Source: Cercozoa sp. M6MM (lineage: Eukaryota; Protista; Endomyxa: Ascetosporea). From it: 64,000 nt of DNA. Numbering within the stretch: position 1 is the stretch's first letter; every line of letters starts with the position of its first letter. The stretch lies in the NCBI GenBank assembly GCA_040357565.1, contig JBDODJ010000032.1. One strand, given 5' to 3'. Shown piece after piece: positions 49,017 to 61,668 of this stretch. A program made the position numbers and the translations under genes. Below the pieces are notes generated by a model, which was not told the DNA's origin, did no database searches, and was given only the letters and a program-made list of their open reading frames with translations.

Positions 49017-50777
49017 TCACTGGCGTGGCAGCTGAAGTGTTTCTCGCATTCGTTCGTCCAAGTCGAGATAAGTCGTCTCCATCTCTTGGCGCAACTTGCG
49101 GAGTCGCGTCAGCCATGCCTCGTACTTGGCGACAATCTCGGCAGCCTGCATATCAGCATTCTATCTAATTGTGTAACAGGGCAGCCAGATTTCAACATGC
49201 CAGTTGAAGCGAGATTTTGGTCGGGCAGTACCTCTGGAACATCAGCATCAGGCACCAGCGGGTTCGTGGTCCTGCGGTAGAAGGAGCCTTCTGCGCGCGA
49301 GTCCGCGGCGAAGCCTTCGGCGAAGTGAGAGATGGCGTCGCGCACTTCCTGTGCCAGTGGGTGCTCGCCTCGTTTGCTCACGAGTCGCGCCACCAAGGAC
49401 AGCAGCGGTGTGCTGAGACTATGATTGGTCTGGTCGACGAGTGCCGACTCGTCCAGCCACTGGTCGTGCCAGGCCTCGATGTCGCCTGCCTCGAGATCAG
49501 CTTGCGATATTTCGCGAACTAGTCGTCCCTTTACGAGCACGTTATCATATGTGGTACAGTCTTGCAATTGAACCAATTCTGCTCTGTACCTGTAGCATCT
49601 CTTTCGCACTGAACAAAGTAGCGTGCAGTTGGTCAGCAGCCTCGTCGCGCTCTTGTTCGAGCAGTTCGAGTCGGTGCTCCAGTGCGTCGTACCGCTCGGT
49701 GATGTCCGCGATGGCAGCGTCGATTCTTGGACGCAGTTCTTCCAATGGAAGGTCCTATCCGCAATAAGATTGAATACCGTACTTTAGTTTGTTAACTTTC
49801 AAAGCACGTTCGAAAACTCCCAAAGTAAGTACTGTACAGTACCTGTGAGCTGAGAAGTTGCTCCAGATTCTCTTCCAAAGGAAGCCACATGGACAGTTCT
49901 TCGAGTTTCATGGCGTGTCGCTGCTCTTCGAACGGACGCAACGTCGTGTCGACTTGTTGGAGTCTCTCAGAGGGCGCGTAGTCGCGCTGATCGACAAGCG
50001 CGCGCAGCGACTCCGCTTGAGTTCGTGTTTTGTCGCGTTGTGCTTGTTCACGCTCCTGCCAGCGTCGGTGACGCATCGCCAGTTCGTTTAAGTAGTGATC
50101 TCCGTGTTCTTGTTCCTGGGTCCACTCCGCGCGGAGCACTTCCTGGTTCACATTCAGTAGGTCTGTACTGTTGCACTTCGTAGTCCGCTGTACCTCGGGA
50201 CCGCCGAGCGGCAGGGCTTGTGCGACAGTGCTTGGCCCCTGGAAAGCCATGTTGACGGCCACAGCAGCATAGAGGGCATGTTGCAGCTGGTTGGTGCCGC
50301 CACACTTTGACTCCAAAATGGCAGTCATATTTTTTATCTGATGCGTAAGGAGAGGAAAGGTGTAGACCTAAAGTAAGGACCAAAAGAAAGTATTAGTCTG
50401 GTACCACAACGGAAAAAGTGTCGCCAGCTTGAATCACGTGGTTCAGTGCCTGTCGACACTCGCGGTCGGCGTGAGTACTTTGTGGTGCGAACACAGCAGT
50501 GTGTTTCTCTCGATTGGATCGTGCTTTTGCCTCTTCGCATTGTTGTTTCTGTACAGTAGCAATACGTCTCTGTTCCAGTGCAGGCAGTGGACCGTACCAG
50601 TTTGTCGTGCTCCCGTTGCATTCGAAGCCGTTCCTCTGGTGAAAACAATAACGTCAGCACACTCGATTTACTGCCAGTTGTCGGAAGCGTCGCTGCACTT
50701 TCGACGTGCTGCCAGTTGCAGCAACTGAACACAGACGCCGCTGTCAGGACAGCAGACACGACGCTTTTAAGTTTCAT
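49017..50777 (-). CDS. Hypothetical coiled-coil protein, possible signal peptide
   Basis: Consecutive minus-strand E/Q/R/L-rich ORFs joined by GT-AG introns; both ends tentative. Confidence 0.5.
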
Positions 50778-51273
50778 TTCAAACAGCTTTGAGCAGTAGT
50801 GAGTCCAGCCTATAAGAACTCTCCAACTCGCTGCTGACCTCACATTCCTTCTCAGTTTGAGGAGTTTAACCGAGTCTGGCAGAAGTTTCTGTTTCAGTTT
50901 ACTCAGTCCTTCCGTTCGGTTTTCATTTTGTACCGTACTCAGGCCGTCAGTTGGCTCTGTGGCAACTGTGAACGAACTAAGTTTAATTAGAACTGAACTG
51001 GCTACGAATACGAACACAGTACAACTTGAATACTTGTAATACAGCCAGCTTGTGTCGAATCGAATCCGATCCGATCGACTGATCGAACGGCAGCGCAGGA
51101 CCCACGAAACTAGTACGTTCACGCAAACTGACGTGAACTGAAAGCCAACGAAAATACGTAAAATTGGCGCAATTTCTGAGCCGAAAATCTTCAAAACAGG
51201 TGTGATTTGTAGATACATTCTGGCTAAGTTACAGTAAGTTGCGGAACGTAAAACAACTGAATCACCGTATCAG

Positions 51274-53079
51274 TCAGCTGTCCTGACCGGCCTCGGCGCC
51301 AGCGGCAGTGGCCTTGTCCGTGCCAGTGTGCGTGTGCTTGTCGGTGACGGTAGCATAGCCCTGCGGGTTGGTCGACTGCCAACGCCAGGCGTCGCGACAC
51401 ATGTCCTCAATGCCGTGCTGTGCCTGCCAACTGTAGCAACACACATGTACATGTGTACAACCATACATGTACAACCATACATATCTCCTACAGGTACCCC
51501 AGCACACGATTGGCCTTGCTCGGGTCGGCCAGACTGGTGGCAACGTCGCCTGGGGGAGGGGTAAGGGGGTAAGGGAAGAGGGGTAAAGCGAGTGTAGTAC
51601 CCAGACGACGTGCAACGAGCGCGTAGGGCAGCTCGCGACCGACGGCTTTTTCCATGGCACGCAGCACCTGCAGCACCGAGTAGCCGTTGCCTGTGCCGAG
51701 ATTGAACACGTGCACACGCTCGTCGGCAGGCACTGCACACACACACACTTGTTCACAGGCAGGCAGTAGGCAGGCAGTAGGCAGTAGGCAAGCAGTAGGC
51801 CAGGTACTGTGTACCCAGTTGTTCCCGAGCGAAACGCGCGTGCGCAAAGAAGAGTTCGAGTGCCTGCACGTGTCCGCGTGCCAGATCGACCACGTGGATG
51901 TAGTCACGCACACCTGAGTCACCAGTCCACCAGTGATTAGTCCAGTCATTAGTCCAGTCATCAGTCCAGTCATCAGACCAGTCATCAGTCAGAAGGTACC
52001 AGTGCCGTCGCACGTGGGATAGTCACTGCCGAACACCTGGAGTTGCGGCAGTCGACCCACGGCCACCTGACAGATGTAGGGCAGCAGGTTGTTCGGAATG
52101 TCATTGGGATCCTCGCCGATCAGTCCTGCACAGAAATGGACCGTCCATTTGGACAGACAGGGGAGGGGGCAGGACAAAATGTACCACTGACATGTGCGCC
52201 GATCGGATTGAAGTAGCGCAGCACGACGAAGCGCCAGGCAGAGTCGTGTCGAGCCACGTCGCGCAGAATCTCCTCCTGCACGAACTTGGACATGCCGTAC
52301 GGGTTCGTGCAGTTCTCCGCCAGCGCCGGTGATGCCTCGCTGAAGCCCTGCTCTGCGGGGGGGGGGGGGGTAAACTGGGGGGTAAACTGGTGTGATAAAC
52401 TGGTGAGGGGTAAACTGGGGAGGGGGGGGCAAGGAGGGGGGTAAGACACCGCCAGTCATGTTGCCGTACACGGTGGCACTCGAACTGAAAATGAGTCGCC
52501 GCGCGCCCACCTCGTCCAGCACAGCGAGTGTATTCAGAAGCGCCTTGACATTGACGTCATAGTAACGCACCGGCATCCGCGTGGATTCGCCCACCTGACC
52601 CATACACAGCCTTAAACATACCTAAGCTCCCTTAAACATACCAAGACATTGCCAGACACCGCCTTAAATAGGACTACCGACTTGAGACCGGCAAAGTGCA
52701 CCGTGGCGTCCACCGGGAACTCCTGCAGCAGGTCTCGCAGACCCTCCTTGCCTGCGTCCGAGGCCAGGTCCAGCTTGCGGAAGATCTGCACTTATCCGCC
52801 TCTTTACCCCCCTCTTTACCCCCTCTTTACCCCCCTCTACCACTGACACTCACCGGACGCTTGCCGTCGCAGATCGAGGCGATGCGCTCGAACACTTCGG
52901 CGTTGCTGTTGGACAGATCGTCCGCCACCAGCACGCGGAAACCCAGCTGCAGCAGCTGCACCACCGTGTGACTGCCTGCTCAAGGCCACAGGCAGCACGA
53001 AACTCCCCGTAAACCAAAACAACACAAACAACACACCAATGTAGCCAGCGCCGCCGGTACACAGGATCGTTTTCGTCAT
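51274..53079 (-). CDS. GALE: UDP-glucose 4-epimerase
   Basis: [85 protein letters not shown] and [11 protein letters not shown]. Confidence 0.97.
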
Positions 53080-53234
53080 TTCCTTCAGCACTTACAGAAC
53101 AGCCAAGTGTTAGGCACACGGGCACGCTCGGCAGGACTCCTGATCTCGCTCCGCGATCGTCTTTTTGTTTTTACGAATGAACCGATAAATGAATACGTCG
53201 TTCGAAGAAAAAAGAACGGGCACAGGACGGGGAA

Positions 53235-54031
53235 TTAGTTCTCGCAGCAACCCTGATCGATCTCGCCGTGCTCGTTGAAGTCGTTGTTGGCGGTCTGGGA
53301 ATACTCGAGAGTGCCAAATTGGATAATACTGGCACTACTTTGACTGCTTTCAGTGAACAAAGGAGGAGCAGGAGCGGTTCCTACCGGCAGCAGAAGGCCC
53401 TTGATCGAGAACAGGTAGTGGCCCAGAGCGGCGCCAAACAGCGGCACCTTGGAAGGGGGAGAAATCAAAGAGATCATTAGTATTTTTAAAGGTGCTTAAG
53501 GGTAACTTGGACAGTACCAAGAAAAGGTAGACATTGTAGACCATAACGATCAGCATGACCAGGTAGGCCAGCACGAGGTTGCTCAGCATGCACACGAGGT
53601 CCAGCCACGAGCCTTGCTGCTGCTGCTTGGCGCGACTGTTGCGCCAGGCTGCAAGCACACACGAGACAGCTTTAGCTTGCCCAAACTTGAGAGAAGAGAG
53701 CCCACCCTGCAGGTACTCGCGCAGCACGGCCATCGCAATCGTCGCGACACTCGTGTAGATGTACTCACCCAATGTCTCGACTCGCCTACAGTAGTCACCA
53801 CACCATTCAGTTGAGCGACCTTTCACAGCTTCCTTTCTGCTTTGTAAACATACCAGCCCTTAAACAACAACGCCGGCACGGCGTCGAAGTGGAACGCCAT
53901 CTTCTCATGCGCCCTAAGGCAACAGCAGCTCGTCAGGTTGGCGACAACACAAAAGTGCCGATCGCGAAAACAGAACATTACAACGCGGGCGTCGCGAGCG
54001 CCAACAGCGCCAGAACCACGAGCTTTAACAT
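53235..54031 (-). CDS. Ctr/SLC31 copper transporter
   Basis: Signal peptide, MAFHF...LLFKGW, LAYLVMLIVMVYN (MxxxM), GAALGHYLF (GxxxG) and C-terminal CC. Confidence 0.9.
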
Positions 54032-54178
54032 GCTTGCACACGTCTGCGCACCTGTGTTGCTCGAAGCGGGCAGACTGCGGGAGTGTTTTCTCTCCGATCA
54101 AGGGGTTTTTGGTTGTTTACGTAGAGCAAAGGAAGTTGTGAACGGGTGACGTTTTACTGAGACAAATGCAATACGCAA

Positions 54179-55518
54179 CTAAGAAACAGAAACCGGATAT
54201 GGCCGTGGGCGGAATATCTGGCCATTAATTCGACAGCGCAGACGTCTGGGTTCACTGCGCATTTTTCGGCTGAACTGACAGAAACGATATTCCTGTGAAT
54301 TAAGTAGTTACAGTACCCACGCTGCTTTCGGTGATAGCGCAGCAAACGCAGCATAAAGTTGGTCACACAAATGACACTGTTGATGCCGCTGGTCTGACAG
54401 GTGAACATGAGTGCTCCCAGGTATGCCGTGACAGCTTCGGTATTGTGCTGACTTCCTTTGAGCTCGAAAGGCAGCATTCCCTCAATGCTTTCATTGCTCG
54501 TGATTGCATTGAGCGAATTTAAAGCCGACAGAGCTCGGACAAGGAAGTACACACTCCGTGACAGGTACCTGTTGACGGAAGTGAACAGTCATAGCAACTG
54601 TAACATTGGAGTCCAAGCAGGTTATAGTACAGGCAGAGGCAGAAGACATGACCACTCGTGGTCAAAGTGCTTCGTTTCATGCTGCAGTAAACGATTAACA
54701 ACATCATATCGAGCGTGAACAAGCTGCAGCAGACACACACACATGCAAACATACACTGAATAATAGTACCTGAATCAACTGGAAAGTATTGTTTCTCAAT
54801 CGCAACTTACACGAGTCGATTTCGATTCAACAAGTGATACAAATGGTCAGCTGGCATGACAGCAGGAGTACAAATGAGCAAAAGCAGTGTCAAAACCGTC
54901 AGCAGTGCGTTCAGCACAGCATCTTTCGAGTTGTCACGGTCAAACTGAGAACTGAAGAAACTGGCAGGAAACAAAGTTCGCCGTCGCATGTCGGTCGAAA
55001 GCACGTGCCACTGGAAGAAGCCGTCGGTGTCCCGCACAACCAGTGCCATTGGCGTGCACGGCTCATTTTCAGTCCTGTTTTGTGCCTCACTTGCGATCTC
55101 AGTGTCGTTTCTTTCTTCCGTGTCGAACTGCGATCATAAAACGGTTGGGCTCTCGTTCGAACAAATAGTAAAAGAAAGAGTAGTACAGTTACCTCAATGT
55201 CGAACTTAAACTTGCACACTGTGCAAAGCATGACGTGTCTAGATATAACAGAACTTTAGTGCAATTGCCTGGATGTTGAAGAACTGCAGATTCATGGTGA
55301 AAATCTACGGGGATCGAGTGGCGGTCAAGAAAAGCTCGGCTTCGAAGCACTCTTTGCACAAGCCTTGTTTGCACTACACACTGTCAGTTTGCAACTGATA
55401 TAACACGCATCAGTTCACGGTTGCTCACCCTAATTACCTGACATGCATGAACCGCATTGACTTCCTCTAGTTCCTCGTAGCAGTAGCGACACTTCCCCGT
55501 TGCAGTAGTTACCTTCAT
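54179..55518 (-). CDS. RING-variant (MARCH-like) membrane E3 ligase
   Basis: Spliced CRYC...HACQ|CKQGLCKEC...MLCTVCKFKF followed by hydrophobic segments. Confidence 0.65.
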
Positions 55519-55702
55519 TGGATGAGATCTATTCGGCCTAAATTACCTGTAGTTCAGTGATCATACTGTACTCCCCGATTATGTACCCGCATTTATCAAT
55601 GATCCGCGCGGAAGGGCAAACTGACACTGGAAAGTAGCTTTGCTCCAAGATCGTTACTAGACGAGTTAGGTCCGTTGTTAGGAGGTTTGCGTGCTCAGGT
55701 CG

Positions 55703-58217
55703 ATGGACCTGGATGTAGTTCAAATTCCCACGGTGTGGCGAGACGCGCTTGAGTCGACTCGAGTCAAAAGTGACAACTGGCAGCTGCCGAGCGAGTTTTC
55801 GCCGGTATCGCACAAAACCTTGCACAGACGAGCAGAAGATTTGCCTCTTTCAGTCGACTCGGCGTTTCTGAGAAGAACTGAGGCACTCAAAACACTAAAC
55901 TCGACTACAGCAGACAGCTCGAAGCAGAGCTACTTGTTGGGAGAGCCAAGAACCAGAGCTTTCTCCAATCCACCTTCCGCACAGCATCGCTTTTGGGCGA
56001 ATGATCCCAGCAGCACGCATGAGCACCGCCACCAAACTACCAAAACGATGCACTCGCGCAGGCTTGAGTTCGACGCTTTGCCTGCACTTCCACAAGTGAC
56101 ACGTGACTATACTCGACTTCAATCACCAGATCATGAACACCAGCACAAGAGCCATGACCCAAGAGTGCTTCCGTACGAGTCTGTGACAGCAGAATCCGGG
56201 TCTTCGGCCAGTTCGTTCGCTGGGAGACCAGCGACTGCCCAGTACGCGCACAGTGCGTCTTCTCGGCAGCACCGAGAGCGAGAACACTCGGAACATGACG
56301 CTGAAATGGAGGACTTCGGTCTGGCGCAAACGTTTGCGCAGAAGTTGGCACTGCGAAACTACGTCCGTTGTCAAAAGCGACGCTGCGTTTCTGCAGGACT
56401 CCGACGACTCAGTTCGAATGGTAGACCTTTGTGTTGTAACCTGAACTGTGCAAATTTAACCCATGCTTCTGTGCAGCGCGTGCGTCGCTTCTGTCGAGTC
56501 ACACGCGGCGAGAAAAGCGGTGGAAAGAAGAGGCTGGAGCGTTTCGAAACACGCTGTTGCGGCGATCCAGGAAACACGACGAAGTAACATTCTCGATCCG
56601 TCGCTACGCGATCTCAAAAGTTGTTGCCACTGTTCGCAATGCGTTGGTAAAAAGAAACTGCTTCGTGACTTGTTTGTGCTAAACTTACACTTCTGTCCGT
56701 TGTTTGTGCCACAGAAGCGAAAGACTATCAGAGTGCTGTCGAAGCTGGTTTTGAGAAAACAGAAAGCGAGACTACAGAGGGCATACAATGCACAGCGCTT
56801 CGCTCGCTTCGAAAACCTCGTGCGCTTTCTCCACTCAACAGCAAGTCGCTCTGCGTTGAGTCACTGGCGCGCACTCTCGCAACAGCAGAGAAGACGACAC
56901 GCGAGCGGTATGTTGTGCTTCCAGTGGCGGTGTCAACGTCTGATGCGAAAATACACTCAAAAAATGAGGCGAGTAAACTGCCGAGTGTCGATCCAAACAC
57001 CAGCCAAGTCGATGCCAGAAACACGAAGCATTGGCTTGCAGACTGTCCGTGTTTCGACGAAAGATGCTGCTTCAGGTGTGAAAGAGCATTGTCGACGAAA
57101 GCGAACAACAGAGGTTCAGACTGTGCCAGAAGTGTGGAATGTCAGTTACAATTCTGACAACTGGAGACATCAAAGGCACAAACTACGTGCTGTGATGAAG
57201 TGGTTGCTTGTCTCCCTGGTGAGGAGCAAGCCACTTTGCAAGTTTCAAGTACCCAGCGGCATCACCGACAGTACCATCAAAAGCCGCAATCCACTTCCTA
57301 AAACGCAAACACTTCTGCCAGCACTCGTTCAAGATCTGCCTCCGTCTTCCGTGCACCGAAAGTCTCCGCGAAGGGCATTCTACGCATTCTCTGTTCCGTT
57401 TCCAGCACGAAGATTGCTGGCTTTGCGACGTTTTCGCCGTTTGATCACACAGAAACGACGCTCGCGTTTGCTGCATCATCGTGAGGCACTTCTAGCCGCA
57501 GGAGAAAAGGCCATGCGCCGACTCAAGCGAAGGTGCTTGTGGATTTTTCGAGTGGACGCTGCGTTAGCACATCGAAAACGAACGAGACAGCCACCACCCG
57601 TAACTTCAAGTTCCTCGAACAGCAGTTCCACAGTCGAAGAAAGTGCTCCCACCAACGCTTTTGTCAAACAAAGTTGCGAAAGCAATATGCACAACAAGTC
57701 TGATGGAACACCTCGAGTTTGCACAAGACAGCGCATGAAGCCAACGGCAATGCACCTTGAGACTCCTCAGTTCGTAGATGCAGACATCGAAGTCGACACA
57801 GATGATATGAGTCGGGTACGTCCGGTCTCCTTGCGTCCGGTCTCCTTGCGTCCGGTCTCCTTGCGCCCGGATTTAAACTCTGTTATATCGGCACGTTCGC
57901 CCACAACTCTCACGCTGCAGCTTCTTCCGCACCGTGGACTGTCACAGCCAACTGCGTTTCGCCAATCAACGAAACTGTCGAGTCTGCGTACGGTCGCGCC
58001 TTCTCGTCCCATGCGACCTCCCGACTTCCAAGCCAAAGCCTTTGCTACCGTGTCGACGAGTAAAGTCGACGACAACCAACTGAAGGCGACGTCACACGGC
58101 ACAACCAAGATTGAAAAGAAAGAGGCGCGTTCAGGCTTTAACATCGATTTGACTCTTGAAGTGCCGACTTCCGTCTGGCGAAAACGCGCTTTTCGCGGTC
58201 GCTCACAAGTTATTTAA
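55703..58217 (+). CDS. Large basic low-complexity protein, weakly Sfi1-repeat-like
   Basis: ORFs of 298 and 584 aa joinable by GT-AG introns; ALSHWRAL and LRAVMKWL segments. Function unsupported. Confidence 0.55.
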
Positions 58218-59180
58218 GTTAGAAACTGAAATCATTATCGTTCGAAACAAAGGCAGTTTAAAAGAATCATTGAGAAGCCGATCATGACGCAGTGTTGGTA
58301 AGATGGACGCCGTAGTCTTCGAACTCGAGCAGATCCATGTGAAACTGCGCTTCGATTGTTCCGACGGACTGCCGTGATCAAAGGTCTCGTGGACATGCAA
58401 TAAATGGACACTAGTTGACTGTACTGAAAGACGTGCAGTTGCAGCGTGTCTGGTGAGACCCATCGCAGCAGAGAGCGTGTTTTCATCAGCGACAGGACGA
58501 AAGGCTCCTCCACACAAAAGCTCACGAGCTTTCTGGAGAATCGATTTGAACGGACTGCGCACTGGCACACTGACTTTTCCGCCTGTTCCAAACGGCAAGA
58601 AGGCTGCTCACCAGTGTAGTAAATTATATAGAGATACGTGAGGTTCTCAGTTGTTCGTACTGTACCAGAGCCATGACCGAGGAGGATTAAGTTTTCGTTC
58701 CTGTCGACCCCGAGCACTTCGACGACGAGACGCGGCCACACCTCAAGTGACGCACACACCAGGTGCAGATCGATGGGTGCATGCACCGGTGCGAAGTCAT
58801 TTGTGACTGCTGCCCAGGACTGGCCGCTCATTTCGCCGCGAATCACACTCCAGTCAGAGTGCACGGAAGGACGTACATCCGGCAGATGGAGTGGACCGTG
58901 CTCTTCCTCCGCTCGTGCTTCCGATTCGGCAACGTCTGCGATATGCACACCCTCTTCTGACTCGTCTTGCTCTCGTTTTTCGCTATTTTTCGCCGAAGAC
59001 TGCTCCAGAATCGGCTCTGAATCGATCGGATCGCCGTGAAGCAGTATCCTCCAGCGACACACGATCGCGCCTGTGTAGGTCTGGCCGCGAAAGCCGTCCA
59101 AACTGCCGCGGACAATCACTACCAAACAAAGCTGATTGAGCGCCTGAATACAAGCTTGAACGTGGACTACCCTGTGGCAT
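58203..59180 (-). CDS. B9D2: B9 domain transition-zone protein, B9D2-like
   Basis: MPQVIVRGSLDG...IVCRWRI, WSVIRGEMSGQS, HAPIDLHL...WPRLVVEV...D...LLGHG; acidic insertion of about 55 aa. Confidence 0.8.
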
Positions 59181-59433
59181 CTTTTTTGACTAACGGAAGT
59201 ATCTAACAAGACAAACAGCCTGATATGCCTTTGGGGTTTTTGGTATTTTTCGACAACTGAAACTGAACGAAACCAGGGATTTTTCGCTGCGATCAGTTGC
59301 AAGTGCCTCTGTCGAAGCGTTTTACGCGACAATTAGCGATCAACAAAATGAGACCCAAAACCGTGACTAAGTCAACTGAGGAACCCATCGGAGAGCTCTT
59401 AGCCGCCTGAAGCATCTTAGGGAGCATAGGAGA

Positions 59434-60538
59434 ATGTCGAATCTCCACCTGTCGCAGATTTGTGACATTCCAAAAACTGTGCGCGACACTTGCTTTACGC
59501 GAAGAGAGTTGTTTTCTCTATTCGTGCGATACAAAGCGCTTTGTCTTCTGTCGCCATTTCCTCACAAAGGCGTGACCGAGTATCCATTCTTTCGTTTACT
59601 GAGGAGCGCCAGCGCTTTCTTTCCTTTAATTTAGTTGGGCACTTTGAATGCAGAGCAGTTTTTTCTCAGCACGTAGCGTGCGTCGAAGACCCAGTAATAA
59701 AAATTATAAGTTGTTTGTACTGAAAGAGACAAGTATGTGCTATGACTGGTTAGCTGTTCGTTCATCGCGTGTTCGCCTTGCTCGACGATGACGACTCCGG
59801 TATGATTGAGTGGGAGGAGTTTCTTCGCGCCATGTCGCTTCTCGAAAAGGGAGAGCGAAATCTGGAGGCGCAGGTCGCTTTCTTTTTTAGAATCTACGAC
59901 TTGGGTAAGCTGCTTCACCTTCTTCAGCTATTCAAAGCATTTTTTTTATTCTATAAATTACATAAATTAGACGGCGACGGCAAACTGTCTCGCAAAGAAC
60001 TGACTGTAAATTTACGTTGCAACACTCGTAAACCCGAGTAAATTTACTGTAAATTTAGACTATTTCTTTCGTTGCAGACAATGTTTCGGTCCTCTCTTCT
60101 TCTAAGCGAAGGCGGAAGCGCTTCGGGTGAAGGAACTAAAGCAATTGCAAGCGACGTCGCAACAAATGATTTGATTTCGACGTTTGTCAGGAGCGTAGGT
60201 TTCAATTTACAGCTTTTGCACCTTCGTTCGACTTATGAATTTACTCTAACCACAGGTTTTTGGGAAGGTCGCAAGTTCACCTGGTATTCTATGTGTGAAT
60301 TTAATCTTTTGTCTGTACTCTGTTGAACCAATGGTATCGCAACTGCGAAGACTGCGAGTACTTGACAATGGACGATGTGCTGAAATATATGCAACAACCC
60401 GGCCACGAAGCCAACGTTTGGGTATCTCTAAAAATGATTTGACATTTCAGTTAGATTTAATGTTACTCGTTTTGAACTGAACAGACACTATTCGGACGGT
60501 CCATGCTCAAGGATTTCCACATGCGGCCTAGAGAATGA
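59434..60538 (+). CDS. EF-hand calcium sensor (NCS / calcineurin-B / calaxin-like)
   Basis: TCFTRRELFSLFVRYKAL, RVFALLDDDDSGMIEWEEFLRAMS and FFFRIYDLDGDGKLSRKEL. Confidence 0.85.
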
Positions 60539-60747
60539 AGCCGCTAGCTACGCACTGCCCGTTAGCAGCCGTACATTGCAGGCTGCACGGAAGTTAATTC
60601 AGCAACGTGAGTGATACAGAAACCTGCGAGCTTTCAGTTTTCAGTTTGCACTGCCACCCACATACTGTTATTTACAAAAACATGCCTCATGACGATGCAT
60701 CTCGTAAACCAGTCACTTTAGGTCCAGATCTGCTGATCAGTTTTCGT

Positions 60748-61351
60748 TCACGGTAGCCTGTCGTTGAGTTTGGCGACAAGCCACTCCATGCCTGTGCGCA
60801 CGCCATCGCCAGAAAGGGCGCAGCAACCTGCGATGCTGAAGCAGTTGTCTCGCAGGGTATCCTCCAGAGCGAGCGCTGTTGCCACATCAGCAGGCGATGC
60901 TGCGTCGTCGAGATCAGACTTGTTGGCAAAGAATAGAACTGGCGGCTTTCGTTTCCTGATGCCTGTGGTGACACTCACTTCAATTTTTGCAGAGCTTGCG
61001 CAAGGATAAATATAGTTGAGCTACTCTCATGAGCCATCGTTGTCTCAAGTTCATCCTTCACAACGCACATGCGCACCGTGTCGGCAGCGTCAATGACCCA
61101 GACGATTGCGTCGCAATCTGCGTAATAGTACTCCCACAGGTTGCGGTAGCGAGACTCGCCACTCATGTCCCACACAGCAAAATCGACGTTCCCGACACGA
61201 AAGTGCTCGGCTGCGAAACCTATTGTTGGCGTTGTCTCCTTGCGTTGCAGCGCCACGGTTTGAGACCATTTACGAGCGTGCTTTTGCCGCTGCCGTCGAG
61301 GCCGACGACAATAACTTTCGCTCGTTTCGAGCGCGAAAACAAATTTCCCAT
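60748..61351 (-). CDS. ARL6: ARF-like GTPase ARL6/BBS3 with a one-base frameshift near 61257
   Basis: MGNLFS, VGLDGSGKST, PTIGF, WDMSGESRYRNLWEYYY, RMCVVKDELE, PVLFFANKSDL and CCALSGDGV. Confidence 0.88.
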
Positions 61352-61668
61352 TTTGTCTGCTTCTGCGGCCTGACAAAAAACTCGACCGCAGGATCGCAGT
61401 GGTGTGCTCACCAAACTCCCTGTCTATCGATCAGACCCTCCCACACTCGAATACAAAGTAGGTGACACACCTGGCATTTCTTGTATTTTTCCCTGAGTAA
61501 AAGTTGTTTAAAAGTGAACGGAGAAACTCTAAGTTTAAACTTACTACTGAACTGGACTTGAAAAACTGAAAAGTCAGATCTTGCACGGTGTACGGTGACT
61601 GCACTTCACAGGTTGCAAGTTGCAACTTACGTTACATAGTAAGTTAGCGTAGCATCACTCGTAAATTG

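Noticed and set aside
55320-55345. Apparent in-frame TGA in the RING gene
   Set aside because: Recounting the A run gives an open frame (EAELFLTATR).
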